Of a stretch of 64,000 nucleotides of DNA, positions 31,834 to 44,701 are shown piece after piece (the first letter of the stretch is position 1; every line of letters starts with the position of its first letter). Location of the stretch: positions 744,001 through 808,000 of the forward strand of contig NOWV01000015.1 of assembly GCA_003344405.1 (NCBI GenBank), written 5' to 3'. The DNA is from Trichoplax sp. H2 (Eukaryota). Made by a program: the position numbers and the translations under genes. The notes beneath the pieces were generated by a model. It was not told the origin of the DNA, searched no databases, and worked only from the letters and a program-made list of their open reading frames with translations.

Positions 31834-34800
31834 ATGATGGTGTGAGATGGTACGCTGGGCCAGCGTAAGATGATGGTCAGTTATAAAGAGTGAATTCCCT
31901 TCAGCTGCGTGACGTGTTGATATTGTACGTACTGTATTGCAAGACAATATTTGACACTGTGGCGTCATTCAGGGAACGTGTCATTTCCTCTTCACTCATT
32001 GAATGCTATCTAGCGTCAAGTGACAACGTGAATTCACCGAATAGCATGACACCATTCGTCAGTGACGTTGGTTACGACGTGGTCCTTCTTGATGTCATGA
32101 ATGAGAGTTCAAAGATGAATCGTATATGAAAATGAACACAGGAGATTTGCAATATCATCTTCCATTCCTTTCTGATTCATTCTATTTTCTGCTAATTCCA
32201 TATTATTCCATCACTTTCTATCATAATTGCAATCTTCCGATTGACGTATTCTTCTAGTTAATTCGTCTGATTTATCTTTGGAAATGATTTATAACCAAAG
32301 TTTCAATGCCAATCGATGTCATTCTAGAATATCATTTATAATAGGACATCTACTGGAGGAAAGACAATTCCTCCTACTCCTCTCTACGATATCAATTGCT
32401 ATTCTGTCAATAATATTTTAGCCTTGTATTGAAATTGAGGTGCTAATGGATGCAAATCACACTATAGGTAAAATACTGCATGGGTAACAGAGTTGATTTG
32501 TTGTTCTTTCTTCTTGTCATAATTTTGTCTTAATATAGAAGGCAGTAGTGAAATTGAAACGCCTACCAAGATACTCATCATTCACCAATAGCATCATAGG
32601 TAGTATTTATACGCGTATGTCGAGTAGAGCAGAATTGATGCTTTCTTTGACTTAATTTTATCTTATTCCGCCGTAACATACTAGATCGTAGGCACTGAAA
32701 TTCAGATACCAGCCAATTTAAATGTCATAATTAGTATATGCATGTAGATCAGAAACTATTTCCTTCTTATAACAGTCAATTCTTATCCAGCTCTGAAAGG
32801 ATTGAATGAAAACTATACTATACGAGACATTCATACCAGATGTGAGATCAGCTTGTATCCCATAGAAAACAAAAGTTCAAGAAAATTTATGGTTAAAGTG
32901 CCCTAATAGAAAGAATAAAATTTTTTTCTACTCTACGGATTCGATTTTACATTAATAATTAGCTAATGCGTGCAATGGCAATAAATAAAGAAAACATAAA
33001 AAAATATAATGACAAACTATACTATTGCTCAAATATCAATTGCTCCTTTTTCAATCGAGTTCATAATTGTTTAGGATTAAAAAAAAATACGACTAACAAG
33101 CAAAGGAAAGTTTTATTGCGATGAGATAATATAGAACAGTAAAAATCCCTATTATTTTTACCTAGTTTAGAGATATGGCTATAATAGTAAGAACTGAACG
33201 TTATGATTACTGCAATAAACGATAGCATATAATCGATTTATCAAATTTATAAAAAAATTTGTGATTATTATACTTTTGTTATAGTACTTAATTTTCTTAT
33301 TCAATCTTTATGTAAAGACAATTCGAATTTTTATTTTTCACTATGGAATATTATTTGTGTCTTATAAACTCAAATGAAAGTTTTACTTTATAAAATAGCG
33401 TACGAGTATAATATAAAGTTTTATGACCGTTGTCACTTTTTCCTATATTTGTTCAGTGACACATTGGCTCGATTTAACTTATGTAATAAGGGTGACTATA
33501 CCCAGTCTTAAGTCTTAATGAAAAGCCTGATACATCCCGATTTAGATCATTTAGCAATTACAAATATTAATAGGAGTAAATCATGCAGTAAAGGATTGAA
33601 ATTTAGTGTCATAAAAGCTAATCTTGTTACCTGTGTTACTAGGCGCGTATCGTCTCAAATTGAAAATAAGATCTCAGCTTGTTATTGATATCTAATTCAT
33701 TAGTATTATTGTTAACATATGCCTACTGCAATATGGATCATTTTTGCATTGTTTAGGAATTAATATTATAACCATCGTTACTTACTGATGCCATATTGTT
33801 ATAGTATTCTATCGGGATTTTGATATGTAAGAATTTAGCTCCAAAAAGTATTATCAAATTGAATTTATAATGAGTACTAATGTATCATAATGAAATAACT
33901 GCCTCGAGATATTTGCAATGTTATTACGATTACTTATTGCTATGATATTATTAAATCAATTTATAAATGAATAACTAAAAGTTCTCAACAATTTTATTAC
34001 AATTTCGATCATAATTAGAATATTATGATGTTGATGATGATAAGCAATCATTTCATGATTGTAGAATAATAAACATATATTTTTGATAGTGATATAGTAA
34101 ATCTAACTAAATCAACAAGAGAATAATTGTATTATTTCCTACGTCTTGTAAACAACTTGAACTACAATTAATAATTTATACACAGAATGGTAAAGATTAC
34201 GATATTTAAAAATCGCTGCATGATTATTTATTCGCTGATAGGGATTCCTGGGTATATTGCGCCTATAAAAATCGATATCTGAAGATTCTAGCTGTCATTT
34301 CAAGCAATTCAAATTAACATCTTAATTAATATTGTGATTGCTCTTTTGTTCCTGACCGGCTTTTCTTCAATGGAAAAGGGAATATTAAAATTGTCCTAAA
34401 ATGAGAGTAAACAACTTGTTTATTACAATGTAAAAATTTTATTTGTTAACAATGGTGTTGATAAATCACAATTAGTTAATGGATGTTGTAAATACTTTTA
34501 TTAGCTTTCAAAAAATATCAGAGCAGATTCGATATCATGGCTCATGATTAGTTGGTAACAATAAGGACGATAAAATACCGAAATGAGTAATGGAATCACT
34601 ACTGGAGTATTACTTTTTCTTCAACATACATGTATTGCCTTGGTAGATATGGTTAAACTGTTCCTTTCAGATAACAAGCTCATTTATGATTATGCCTAGG
34701 GGATTGCAATGCAAACTGCGAACAATTTATGATTAAAGTCTTCTATATTCTGTGGTTATGCTATCATAATTACCGTAGGGCAACTTACATAAATTATTTC

Positions 34801-37147
34801 ACCTTTCAACTTAACTAATAGCGAGATTTAAATGGCATTTTTTGATTATAATTATAGTGAATTATTTCACCTTTTACTTTTTATTTACTGTGGGGCTTAA
34901 TCGTCATTCTTGGACGTAAATAATTTGCCTACTTTGAGAATAATCTAAAGATTGAAAAATATGTAATGAATAAGAATAGTTTTGTCACATTTATGGACGA
35001 TAACATTTACACTCATATGGGTAATGTGCAGTATGTTTGTAATCTAATAAGCTGATAGATACTAATTTTCGACTTTCGTCAAAACTTTAGAGGTTTCTTT
35101 TACTTCTGTGGTCCAAATAAGCTCGATTTATAATTAATAGTGGTGCTAATGCATGATGCCGGTTCACTTTAATATAGCATATGGCGTATTTCTTTCCACT
35201 AGTGTGCATAGCACCCTTATCTCTTAAATTACTAAAAAATTCCGTACGCTCCCCCCAGAAGTTGCAATATGTCCGAATAACAGTAAAACCTTAAGGTAAC
35301 GGTATACGTATTTCTAAAGCTGATCAAAAATGCACTAAGTGGAATATCTTACTGCTATTATTTATAAATACGATCTGTTATATAATTTAATCGTTGAAGA
35401 AGGTACTAAATATAGACACCTTTACAGTTGGCATGCCATTTTCAGTAAGTGCAATTTAGTAGTATAAGCTTGACAACTTGATGTGTTAGATGCTAGATAC
35501 TTTCGCAATATTGACGTATTAACGACTTGATACAGACTCTTGCAAAGTAGTCATACTAAATTAACAAGTGTATGAATAACCTGACAGCCTGGTACCTACG
35601 CGTATATTCAGCGTGGATTGATCTTGTGGTTGATTCATGTTATCCAAGTTTTTATCTTGATACATTACATCTTTCTTTTTACTTCTGTTGCCTCATATTA
35701 GTTTTTCGTGTAAATTTCCTTTCGTATTAGAGTCAACAAAAACGCTCTCATCTATCATAAAACAATCCTTGAGTTTTAGTATCTGCAAGAAATTTGGCCA
35801 AGTAATGAATCTTTTACTGTATCATTAGTATAATTTACTAGCAAATGTACAATTTCAGACTTTCAGTGATTTATCAATGACCATTTTGTAAATCGTTTGT
35901 ACTCGGCGCCTTGATTGTATGTCGATACAAGACAATTGTGATGAAATCGGTTCAGTTTACTTGGATGAATTTCGGCAGCAAGTAGTACAGGCTCATCTGT
36001 CTCTTTGGTTATCGTGCGAATGTGTTCCTGTGTTATTTTAAATTATTTTTAAGTTACAAAAGTTTGGTGATATTCGTTCACGGGTATAGCTAATACTTTA
36101 TAAATTTAAACGGTATAACGACTTATGCATAATTAGAGATACTCGTCTATAACAATTCAGTAAACCTGAATACCTACGCAATTACTTTAGTGAAATAGCA
36201 GGCTAGACTTTGATATTGGTGATCTCATAATTTACAGTGAGTTGAAATAAAAATTAATAATAGCAGGATTAAAATGTCTAGGTAGATAATTGATTCAGAA
36301 ATAAATTCTTCATGATGGTAGTAAACCGCATCGACTTAAATAGACAACTATTGAAGTCATACAGTATTACCCTTCCTGAAAAGATCTCATTCCACTACCG
36401 ATGAGAAATAAGTAAGGCTTGTAAGGGTTCTATGTATCATTATTACAATTACCAAAAGAAACAGTTAATGCAATTAGAGATACTGTATTTAGCTATTTAT
36501 TAAAAGTTGAAATATCGCCACTGTATTAATCAATTCATAATCTATGATTGTAAAGAGTAACTGTCATATAATTTCAGTTCAAAATTGACACAAGTAGCAA
36601 TATTTCGAGAGAACCATTTAATTATAACTACTACATTGCCGAGAAGTGCATGCTTATTACAATTATGTCTACTAATCCAACATATATTACAGCCGCTGCA
36701 TATATACAGGAACAGTCAAATATTTTATACGGACTGTACGAGTTCAAGACTACTGAATTTATAGCATTATACATTAAAAGATCGACATTTCAAGAATGTA
36801 TGACTTAAAAGACCTGTAAGAATATAATTTTAGTTATGTCCGGCATTAGGTATATCTAGGGTAGTAGTTTTTACAAGTTTTCTGACATACTTAGAACCAG
36901 AAGAGGGCAAACTAATTAAAATTGAATCACATTCGTACACTTACTTATATCGAAGATATCACAAGTTGTCATGAATAGTTTGCAATGGTATATCAATATG
37001 TACCATTATACAATCATAAAATAAATCTAATATGGCTAGTGATGTAAAGAAGTTAAATATAATCTCATTTCATACACAAAATCTATCCATTGGTGTAATA
37101 ATACAATTAGATGAACATCACTTTGCGCTATCTTTATGCAAAATTGT

Positions 37148-38754
37148 TTATACTTGAGGAATGAATTCAATTTCAATCTGTTAATTAGCTAGAGTGAAGG
37201 AAGTAACATCTTTTAAATAGAGAGCAAAAGTAAATTTGAATATTAAAAATGACGACAAAACATGATTCGCAAATGTAAACATTAAGAAGAAGGATACAAC
37301 TCGAAGCCCTTTCTCCATCGGATTGATGATTTTTAACCCTCGAGCTTCATAGATTGAGGAATTTTGTTCATCAATGTAGTTGGCAACATCTTGAAGGCAC
37401 TGCACAAAAGTTATGATTGAAAGCGATAAGACCGTATTTGATAATTACCAAGAACAAAGTTATACTTACTTTTTCGTAATGGGTACGGAAGCACAGTAGT
37501 GAAGAATACGCTGTCAAACACGATAAACATCCAAGTAGATAAGCACGGAAATTCAGAGCTTCGGCTTTAGCAAATATTGCGTTAATATGATTAATAGTTT
37601 CCAAAAAAGTAGTCTCATCAATCTATTGAAGAAAATTTCGAAATAAAAAGTTACTGTACTTCTATTCAATACTAACATTTATATTTATAATTATTGATTA
37701 ATTTAAGAATTGGAACTCAGTCAATCTCGATTTAGCCATAAACCGGATATTTACAAATTACAAAACGCATACGATAACTCAAAACAACCCTAGAGTAATT
37801 TCACTTTGCTTGTTATACAGTAGAGTTGACTGGTTACTTGTGCAAATATAACGTTTAAATTCACTGTAAACTTGATTTTAGCCATGAATCGGATATTACA
37901 AAATCGATATGGTAACTATTACTAATTATAATGATAGCTATTACGGTTCTATGTTGTTTGTTGTAGAGTTTATTTCGCTCTACTCACGTAATTACTGCTC
38001 TACCGTTAGCAAATGAACTCCGCAGAAAAAAAACAAGTTATGTAAATTATGCTGTACAGCGCAATTGGTTAATATTCGGTATTAAACGTTGTAATTCTCA
38101 CGATTAAAAGCCCTAGCAAATGACAGTTTCTTGTCATTGATGTATAGTAAACTCATTAGAACCATATCATACTGTATACTGTACTATGGAGGACGTCATT
38201 TCTGTACCTGCTGTTAGAATGATGATCCTGAATATATCTTATATTTAGATCCATTCATTATCGGTCTCTAAATAGACTTTAATTTTAAAGTAAGCTAATC
38301 ACGCTTTGGTCACATCTTTTGATTTACTATTTTCGTTATTTTAGTTGAAAAAAAACTGGATTACCCTATCCGTACACAACTTCGAATGCTCGTCATTATG
38401 AAAATAGACTGCTTTAGACTCTGGTCGAGCACTCTGATTCACCGAAATTTTTCGGTTGTCTAATACCGTACTGTATGTAGACTAACTAAAATCTATACAA
38501 TAGGTTAAAAATCTTGTAAGAGGCAACAAAAACATAGTATGATTTTATTTGATAGAAATTCTTTTTTTAGCAGGCAATAACATCCATGTTAAGTTACGCT
38601 ATTGGTCATAAGATCGTGAATGACTAACCTTGCCACGTAATGCTACTGGAAAGGACTTCTCGAACCGACATGTAATTCCTTCCGAATAATCACGCTCAAC
38701 AACTGCTCTGTTAGTTAGCATGAAACCATTTTGGGGCTGTTGTGGCTGAGACAT
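37148..38754 (-). CDS. GOLGA7: Golgin subfamily A member 7 (GCP16/Erf4 family, DHHC palmitoyltransferase cofactor), 136 aa
   Basis: Exons 38629-38754 (MSQPQQ...ERDYSEGITCRFEKSFP), 37470-37622 (GCLSCLTAY...THYEK), 37298-37399 (NPMEKGLRV) and 37148-37177 (IEIEFIPQV*), all phase 0 GT-AG. Confidence 0.95.
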
Positions 38755-39149
38755 TTTCACTATATTATTATGGCTAGTCTAAAGGTAGAAGGAATAATAA
38801 CTGCATTAATTTCTACCAGTCATTCTAATCACATTTCAAGTTGTTTTCCCATATTATCCAAAAAGATACACATTCGTAAAAGAAGAGAATCAGATACATC
38901 AGTGTTACGCATTTATAATTGCAGATTGATCGTATTCAATATGACAAACTGCATTAGTTAAACCTGTTCATAAGTTCTTTTTCAATATTACGAGTACAAA
39001 TTGTGCTATCAGAATGCATTTAGGCGAAATTTTGAAGGCACTTACGTCCATCTTGCTGCGATTTCCAGCGATGCATGTACTGTAACCAAGTAACTGCAGT
39101 CAAACTTCCTTCTAGTAGTTCTCAGTACGTGTTCGCTGTCAGGGATGAT

Positions 39150-39460
39150 TGGTATTGTACGCTTATTGTACTGTACAAAAGTACACTCAGTATACAGTAC
39201 AGTACAGTATTATAGTTTTCATTCAATATTCGCTCACCACATTTGCGCACGCTCAGTATTTTGGTAGAGTCTGCTGTTCACAATAAAAAATCCGTCTGTC
39301 TGCATCATACAGTCTACAGTACACTACAGGAAGGGTCTCTACTGTACTGTACACTCAGTGTACAGTTCTGTACAGTGCGGACAGACGGACTTCCCTACCA
39401 AATGAAGGCTTAAATATCGGAAAATGACAACTTGGTGTACTGTACTGTAGATCATCCATG
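39150..39460. promoter_or_regulatory. Divergent-promoter region GOLGA7/FAHD1-like with GTACTGTAC cluster and branched hairpin 39291-39389
   Basis: Lies between head-to-head genes. 14-bp stem TCCGTCTGTCTGCA/TGCGGACAGACGGA. Confidence 0.5.
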
Positions 39461-40054
39461 TCTATTTTCGAAATCACTGGTACTAATTTAAGTTGAATAA
39501 GTGTCTACGACAGAATATAACTATTTTCAAGCAGAAATTTGTAATAGATAATAAAACTCAATGTAATATTACTTAATTTAGAAAACATCAGTTGATTCAA
39601 AATCGATCGTCTGCATACTAGAGTAACAAACTGTTTGGCACGATACAGTATTTGACGAGATGAGGCGAAAATGTCTGTCCGTCCAAGAGTGATCAGTCCT
39701 ATTTAGCTCTTCTTCTAGTAGTCGATGAGTACCATGACACTGCACTGTATAGTATACGGTGCACATTAAGAGTTTCTTAACTCTATAGTACGCTGTACAC
39801 CCATAATGTACCATACAATACAGTCAGTACTCAAAGCAAAATTGAGCAAACCATCCGCTAAAAATACCAATAAACCATTGATCATCAACGGCGTAACTCT
39901 TGAATCCGTTTGGTCAAAACCTGAAACCCCAACTTTTCTACTCATTTCTTTACTGCAGTGAATGTACTGTAATCAGGCCTGAATTGGAATAGAACACTCT
40001 TAGCTTTTGAATTGTTGGCCAAGGATTAAAGAGGATTATTATCGATTATTCGCA

Positions 40055-40681
40055 ATGAAAACTATGCGTAACTTTACAGAGGGTGGAACGAAGGTAGTTG
40101 CAGCTGCACTCAATTATCCCAGCCAAGCAGCTGAAGGTCGAAAGGCTCCTGCCATATTTTTAAAACCTACTTCTTCGTATATCAAAGAAGGTGAGAAAAT
40201 TCGCATACCACCCGGGCATAATCGAGTTCATTACGAGGTTGAACTGGGCTGCGTTATTGGTCGTCGTGGCAAGAATATTCCGAAAGAAGAAGCCTTAAAT
40301 TACGTTAGCGGTTATGCACTGGGATTGGACATGACGTTATTTGATCGAATAGATATGACGAAGCATGCCCCATGGGATATAGCGAAAGGATTCGATACAT
40401 CTTGCCCAGTTAGTAGATTTATCGAAAAAGATGAACTGAAAAATCCTGATGATACTAAATTATGGCTTAAAGTGAATCAAGAAATGGTGCATGAATGCAA
40501 CACTAAAGATATGTTATTTAAAATACCTGATCTAATTAGCTATGCTAGTCAATTTATGACCCTAGAAGAAGGTGATCTACTGTTAACTGGAGCTTCTGGA
40601 AATGGGCCTGTATATTCTGGAGATAGAATCACTTGTGGATTAAACGAGATAGTGCAAATGGAATTTGATGTTAGCAACTGA
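40055..40681 (+). CDS. FAHD1: FAHD1-like fumarylacetoacetate-hydrolase-family protein, divergent paralog
   Basis: Intronless ORF with FLKPTSS, HYEVEL, LDMT, WDIAKGFDTSCP and TLEEGDLLLTG. First ATG at 40055 (alternative 40064). Confidence 0.9.
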   Translation: MKTMRNFTEGGTKVVAAALNYPSQAAEGRKAPAIFLKPTSSYIKEGEKIRIPPGHNRVHYEVELGCVIGRRGKNIPKEEALNYVSGYALGLDMTLFDRIDMTKHAPWDIAKGFDTSCPVSRFIEKDELKNPDDTKLWLKVNQEMVHECNTKDMLFKIPDLISYASQFMTLEEGDLLLTGASGNGPVYSGDRITCGLNEIVQMEFDVSN

Positions 40682-42789
40682 GACAGGTTTATTTCAAACA
40701 ATATGACCATCTAGGCTAAAATGTATAGGAACACTGAATAGGGTAATAATTTTTTACTGTATCCCCCGATAGTAGCAAGAAACGCATCTTTTCATGGAGT
40801 AAGCGTGCAAAGGCTGGCCAGTACTAGCTTCTCTTTCCATCGGCTTTTAAATAATTAATAAATTCATGTACCAATTAACCAAATAGCGAATATTATTGAA
40901 TCATAATCTGTTTAAGAGCATATTTTTATGCTACATTTTATGTCGCACATAGATATACATCGAAATGCAATTTACATGAAACCTGGATGATTTTAGCTAA
41001 CAAATCATTTATTTACTCCGATCCTATACTGTAACACAGCATCTACAGTAATACGTAATATGTATCAAAATTTGGAAGGTAGTACAATCTCCAAATGAAC
41101 ATTGGAATACGAGTATAATCGATATCTTCGCAAATATTTTTGTAGTTGCAATGATGTGCTGTGATGTTGCGCATTGGCAGCAACTAAATCATTATTATTG
41201 ACGACTTTGCTTAAATCTTATTCTCGGTGAGTCATTTGTTGGATATGCATCTGAATAGACTTTCGTAATTACGTTATGATGTGGTACATAAAATGTATAA
41301 AGCGGCATTAAGCGTAGCTAAAAGCGAAATAAGGTGCCGAAGGTATAATACGAAAATAGTAAATTGTATAAAAAATTAAAATTTGCACACCTGCTTGTTG
41401 AGCTGAATTGTAAAGTAATGGTACAATAAATAAGATATGTATTTCTTATGTGAAACTTGTTGTGAGTTAATCAAGTTGTATTTTTTGCTTAATTTGTTTC
41501 CTATTTTAGATATTAAAAAATGTCTATTGTAAAAATGTATCCTATAATCAGCTGGGAAAGTATAAACTGCATGAGACCAGCACAGGAATGAAAGATAAAC
41601 TATTCGGTGCATTATTACAGGCTGTAATAATTACAGCTACTACGTAAATCATGGCTTAAGTGCTAAGTGAAAGAGAATTAATCAAATCTGTGCATTTATT
41701 CTGTATGATATTGCCAAAAACCATGCATTTCTTGAATGAGATATTAATATGAGGTACAATTCACTGTCAAACTGGATTGACGATTCATTATACAGAATTT
41801 AGCATCAATTTGTTATCTGAAATTATGTACTGAAATGTTCATATTCAAGCAAGGTCTTTACTATAAATGAACCTCGTAAGATCAGTACCATACGAATGGA
41901 ATCGATAACTATTACAGCAATATTATAGTTTTGCAAGAAGTAATACTGATTCCGTATAGGTTTGAGAAATCGAAAAACTATCTTCCTCGATGTCTCATTA
42001 TTTATACTGTATTATGCTTTTATTCCTTTTGCGAATTTATTTTAACCCGTATATTGCATTACCAGTACATTGATCATTGAAGATATTGTAGATGTACCGG
42101 CTACGGAATATCGAAGAACTCGCATTTCTATCATGCAGCGCTAACATAACAGTATAAAGCATGCACCAATACACAGCTGACCTGGATCATTCAATATTAA
42201 TTAAGAAGGCAGATTTTTTTATGTATTTTAGTGATTCTTACTGCATCACTAATGGCAACCTAGAAGTGTAACTCTTAGAGTATGATCCTTAAGAGTTGAT
42301 ACAAATCGGAATTAAAGAATGTGTAGTAATGCATATCAGGGAGCTAAATAGCTACTTTGTCTATATTCCGATTTACAGTTAATTTGAACGATTATCAAGT
42401 TTAAATAGTAAATTTTAGAACATTCATTTATTCAGTTACCAAAATAGATAGGACGACTGGCAACAAATATATTCTAAAAACCCTGCATTATGATAATTGT
42501 TGTATATGTATTGCATTCTTACTGTACAGTAAACTGACTATAGATTTTTGATTCATACCGTAGTAGCTGAGGTGAATTTGAACTAATGTCCATTGGATAT
42601 TCCTTCACCTAATTATACTTATTCTTAGTAACATATCTTATATATTTCGAATACTAGAAAGGTGAGACAGAATTCCTATCTAGTAATATTTAAATTGATA
42701 TGAGATATCTTAATCCAAACGCGTTACTTTTTATACTTGCAATCTATAAATTCATACATCTACTAATAGATTAGTAATTACAACTGCAA

Positions 42790-44093
42790 TCAGTGACACT
42801 TATAAAAATATCTCCAATGAGTTTTTGATAAATCAGGGTCAGGCTTGTTTAAGAGTAGGTTGAGTGAGGGTAAACTATTTACACTTTTAGAGGCTTTATC
42901 GTTGTACCAATCAAAGCTTGTTACAGAAATATGTGGTGCATTAATGCTTCGAACATTTTGATGAGAAAATGGATAACGCCTTACAATCGGAGCAGTGTTA
43001 ACATTGCGGATCAAGTTCCTATCGTGACCGACAAAGGTTGATCTGTAGACAGTTCGAGATCGCTCAGTAGGGATCGATGACTCACTTAAATATTCATTCA
43101 ATGAAAATTGCTGTTTATTTTTGATTGGCAGTAAACGTTTTCCATGTTTCTGTAGTAACATAAATGTACATTTAGGTAAAAGATATCAATTATTTTCAAA
43201 TTTTTAAAAGCAATAGAATTTAAAAATTGATATAGACGGAGAAATTGTACATAAGTGACTTATATATCATTAAACAGATGAAGTTATTCAAGAAATAAAG
43301 TGATATTAAATAAGTAATAGTTACATATATTGCATCTTACCATATCTAGATAGTCGCCTTTAGTTTCGTGAACTTTACGATTGTCATGAACGGAAAACGG
43401 ATTGAAATTTTTAAAAGTACTCTGTAAGAAGCAATTACAAATTGAGTGAGAAAGATAGCTTTATGCTTATCAAATCGCTTCCACCATGCCATAATTGACT
43501 TGGTATTTATAAAGTATTAATGGGTTTCATGATACTGACTTTATTTTATTGTAATACTACGCAGTTAGTTATAATTACAATTAGAAATATTTAGGCTTGT
43601 AGTTGATTACTTATTAGAGTAGGATGCAATGTATGTACCATCAGCATATTAATAAATAGATTCTACATTATGTAATACTGAAGCAGTAACGGTTTACAAC
43701 TATTTTATTCATATTAAGAGCCATTCTACTTGCTTAAATGAGTAACAACGATGGCTAGCGTACAACTCTAGTTATTATAGTACCCGATATTTATCTTCAA
43801 ACCGTTCTGTTGAAAATGATTTGCAGGTTCTGTTGTCAAAATTGAAACTCTCACGTTGAGATGTTGTAGGTATAGACATAGGTGGAGAGTGAGATCTGTA
43901 CTCTTTTAGCTTCAGTCATTAGTGAATATGGAAGGATGTGTTAGAATTTCCTACATTACTCACAAGGAATAGCTATTTCGAAGAAGTATCATAAAATACT
44001 TTCGGTAATGTTAAATGTAAAAATTTCGGTCAGTGTACTTACCCATCTTCCGTCAGTCTTCGTCGATGGGGTGTATTGTCTTCCTTTAGGCAT
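42790..44093 (-). CDS. TEX36: TEX36-like HDNR-motif protein
   Basis: Exon 44043-44093 MPKGRQYTPSTKTDGRW; exon ending ~43784 (5' edge uncertain); exon 43341-43421 NPFSVHDNRKVHETKGDYLDM; exon 42790-43149 with RRYP. Matches the recalled TEX36 pattern (MxKGR...DGRW, PFSVHDNR, RRFP). Confidence 0.8.
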
Positions 44094-44688
44094 TGCTGCT
44101 TCTAATTGTAAGTTAGCAATTTGCTTTAAAGTATAATTCTTATAAAATCCTTAAAATTTTATCTGCTATATAATTGATAGATGAACCAATAAATAAGGCC
44201 TCTCACGATCGATTTAACGTCAGTTTAGCTATAATTTATGCCACTGATGATCTCAGGTAGCATACCATTCTTTATATTAGTAGTAATTAGAACAGTTTGT
44301 ATTCCAAGTATCCATTGATGACGAACTACTTAATAATGTAAGTGTAATCGTGAAGGTAAGATCCTATTTAGTAGACTACCGCAATGCACCTAAACTATAA
44401 ACGATATCTGCTATCAGTTACGTTAGCCGACGATCTAGTAGTTGCAATATCCACTGCACACATTCAGCTTTTCTATATTCACTTTCTACAGTAATCCTAG
44501 GTTAACTTCTTAGCTCTCATATGGATCAGTTTTTAATCGATTGTCATAGTCACAAGCAGCTCTGTCATCGATGTAAATAACACAGTATAGCTACTTATAT
44601 ATGCATAACTGATCGACTGAAATCGTTACTAGCTGCTAGAGTTTCTGTTATGACTTTACGGAAACGACGCATCTGATCCATGTTACTC

Positions 44689-44701
44689 GTTGCTAGGAGA
44701 C
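44689..44701. promoter_or_regulatory. RFX X-box-like motif (GTTGCTAGGAGAC)
   Basis: Reverse complement GTCTCC-T-AGCAAC fits the RFX two-half-site pattern; about 600 bp upstream of the TEX36-like ATG. Confidence 0.55.
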
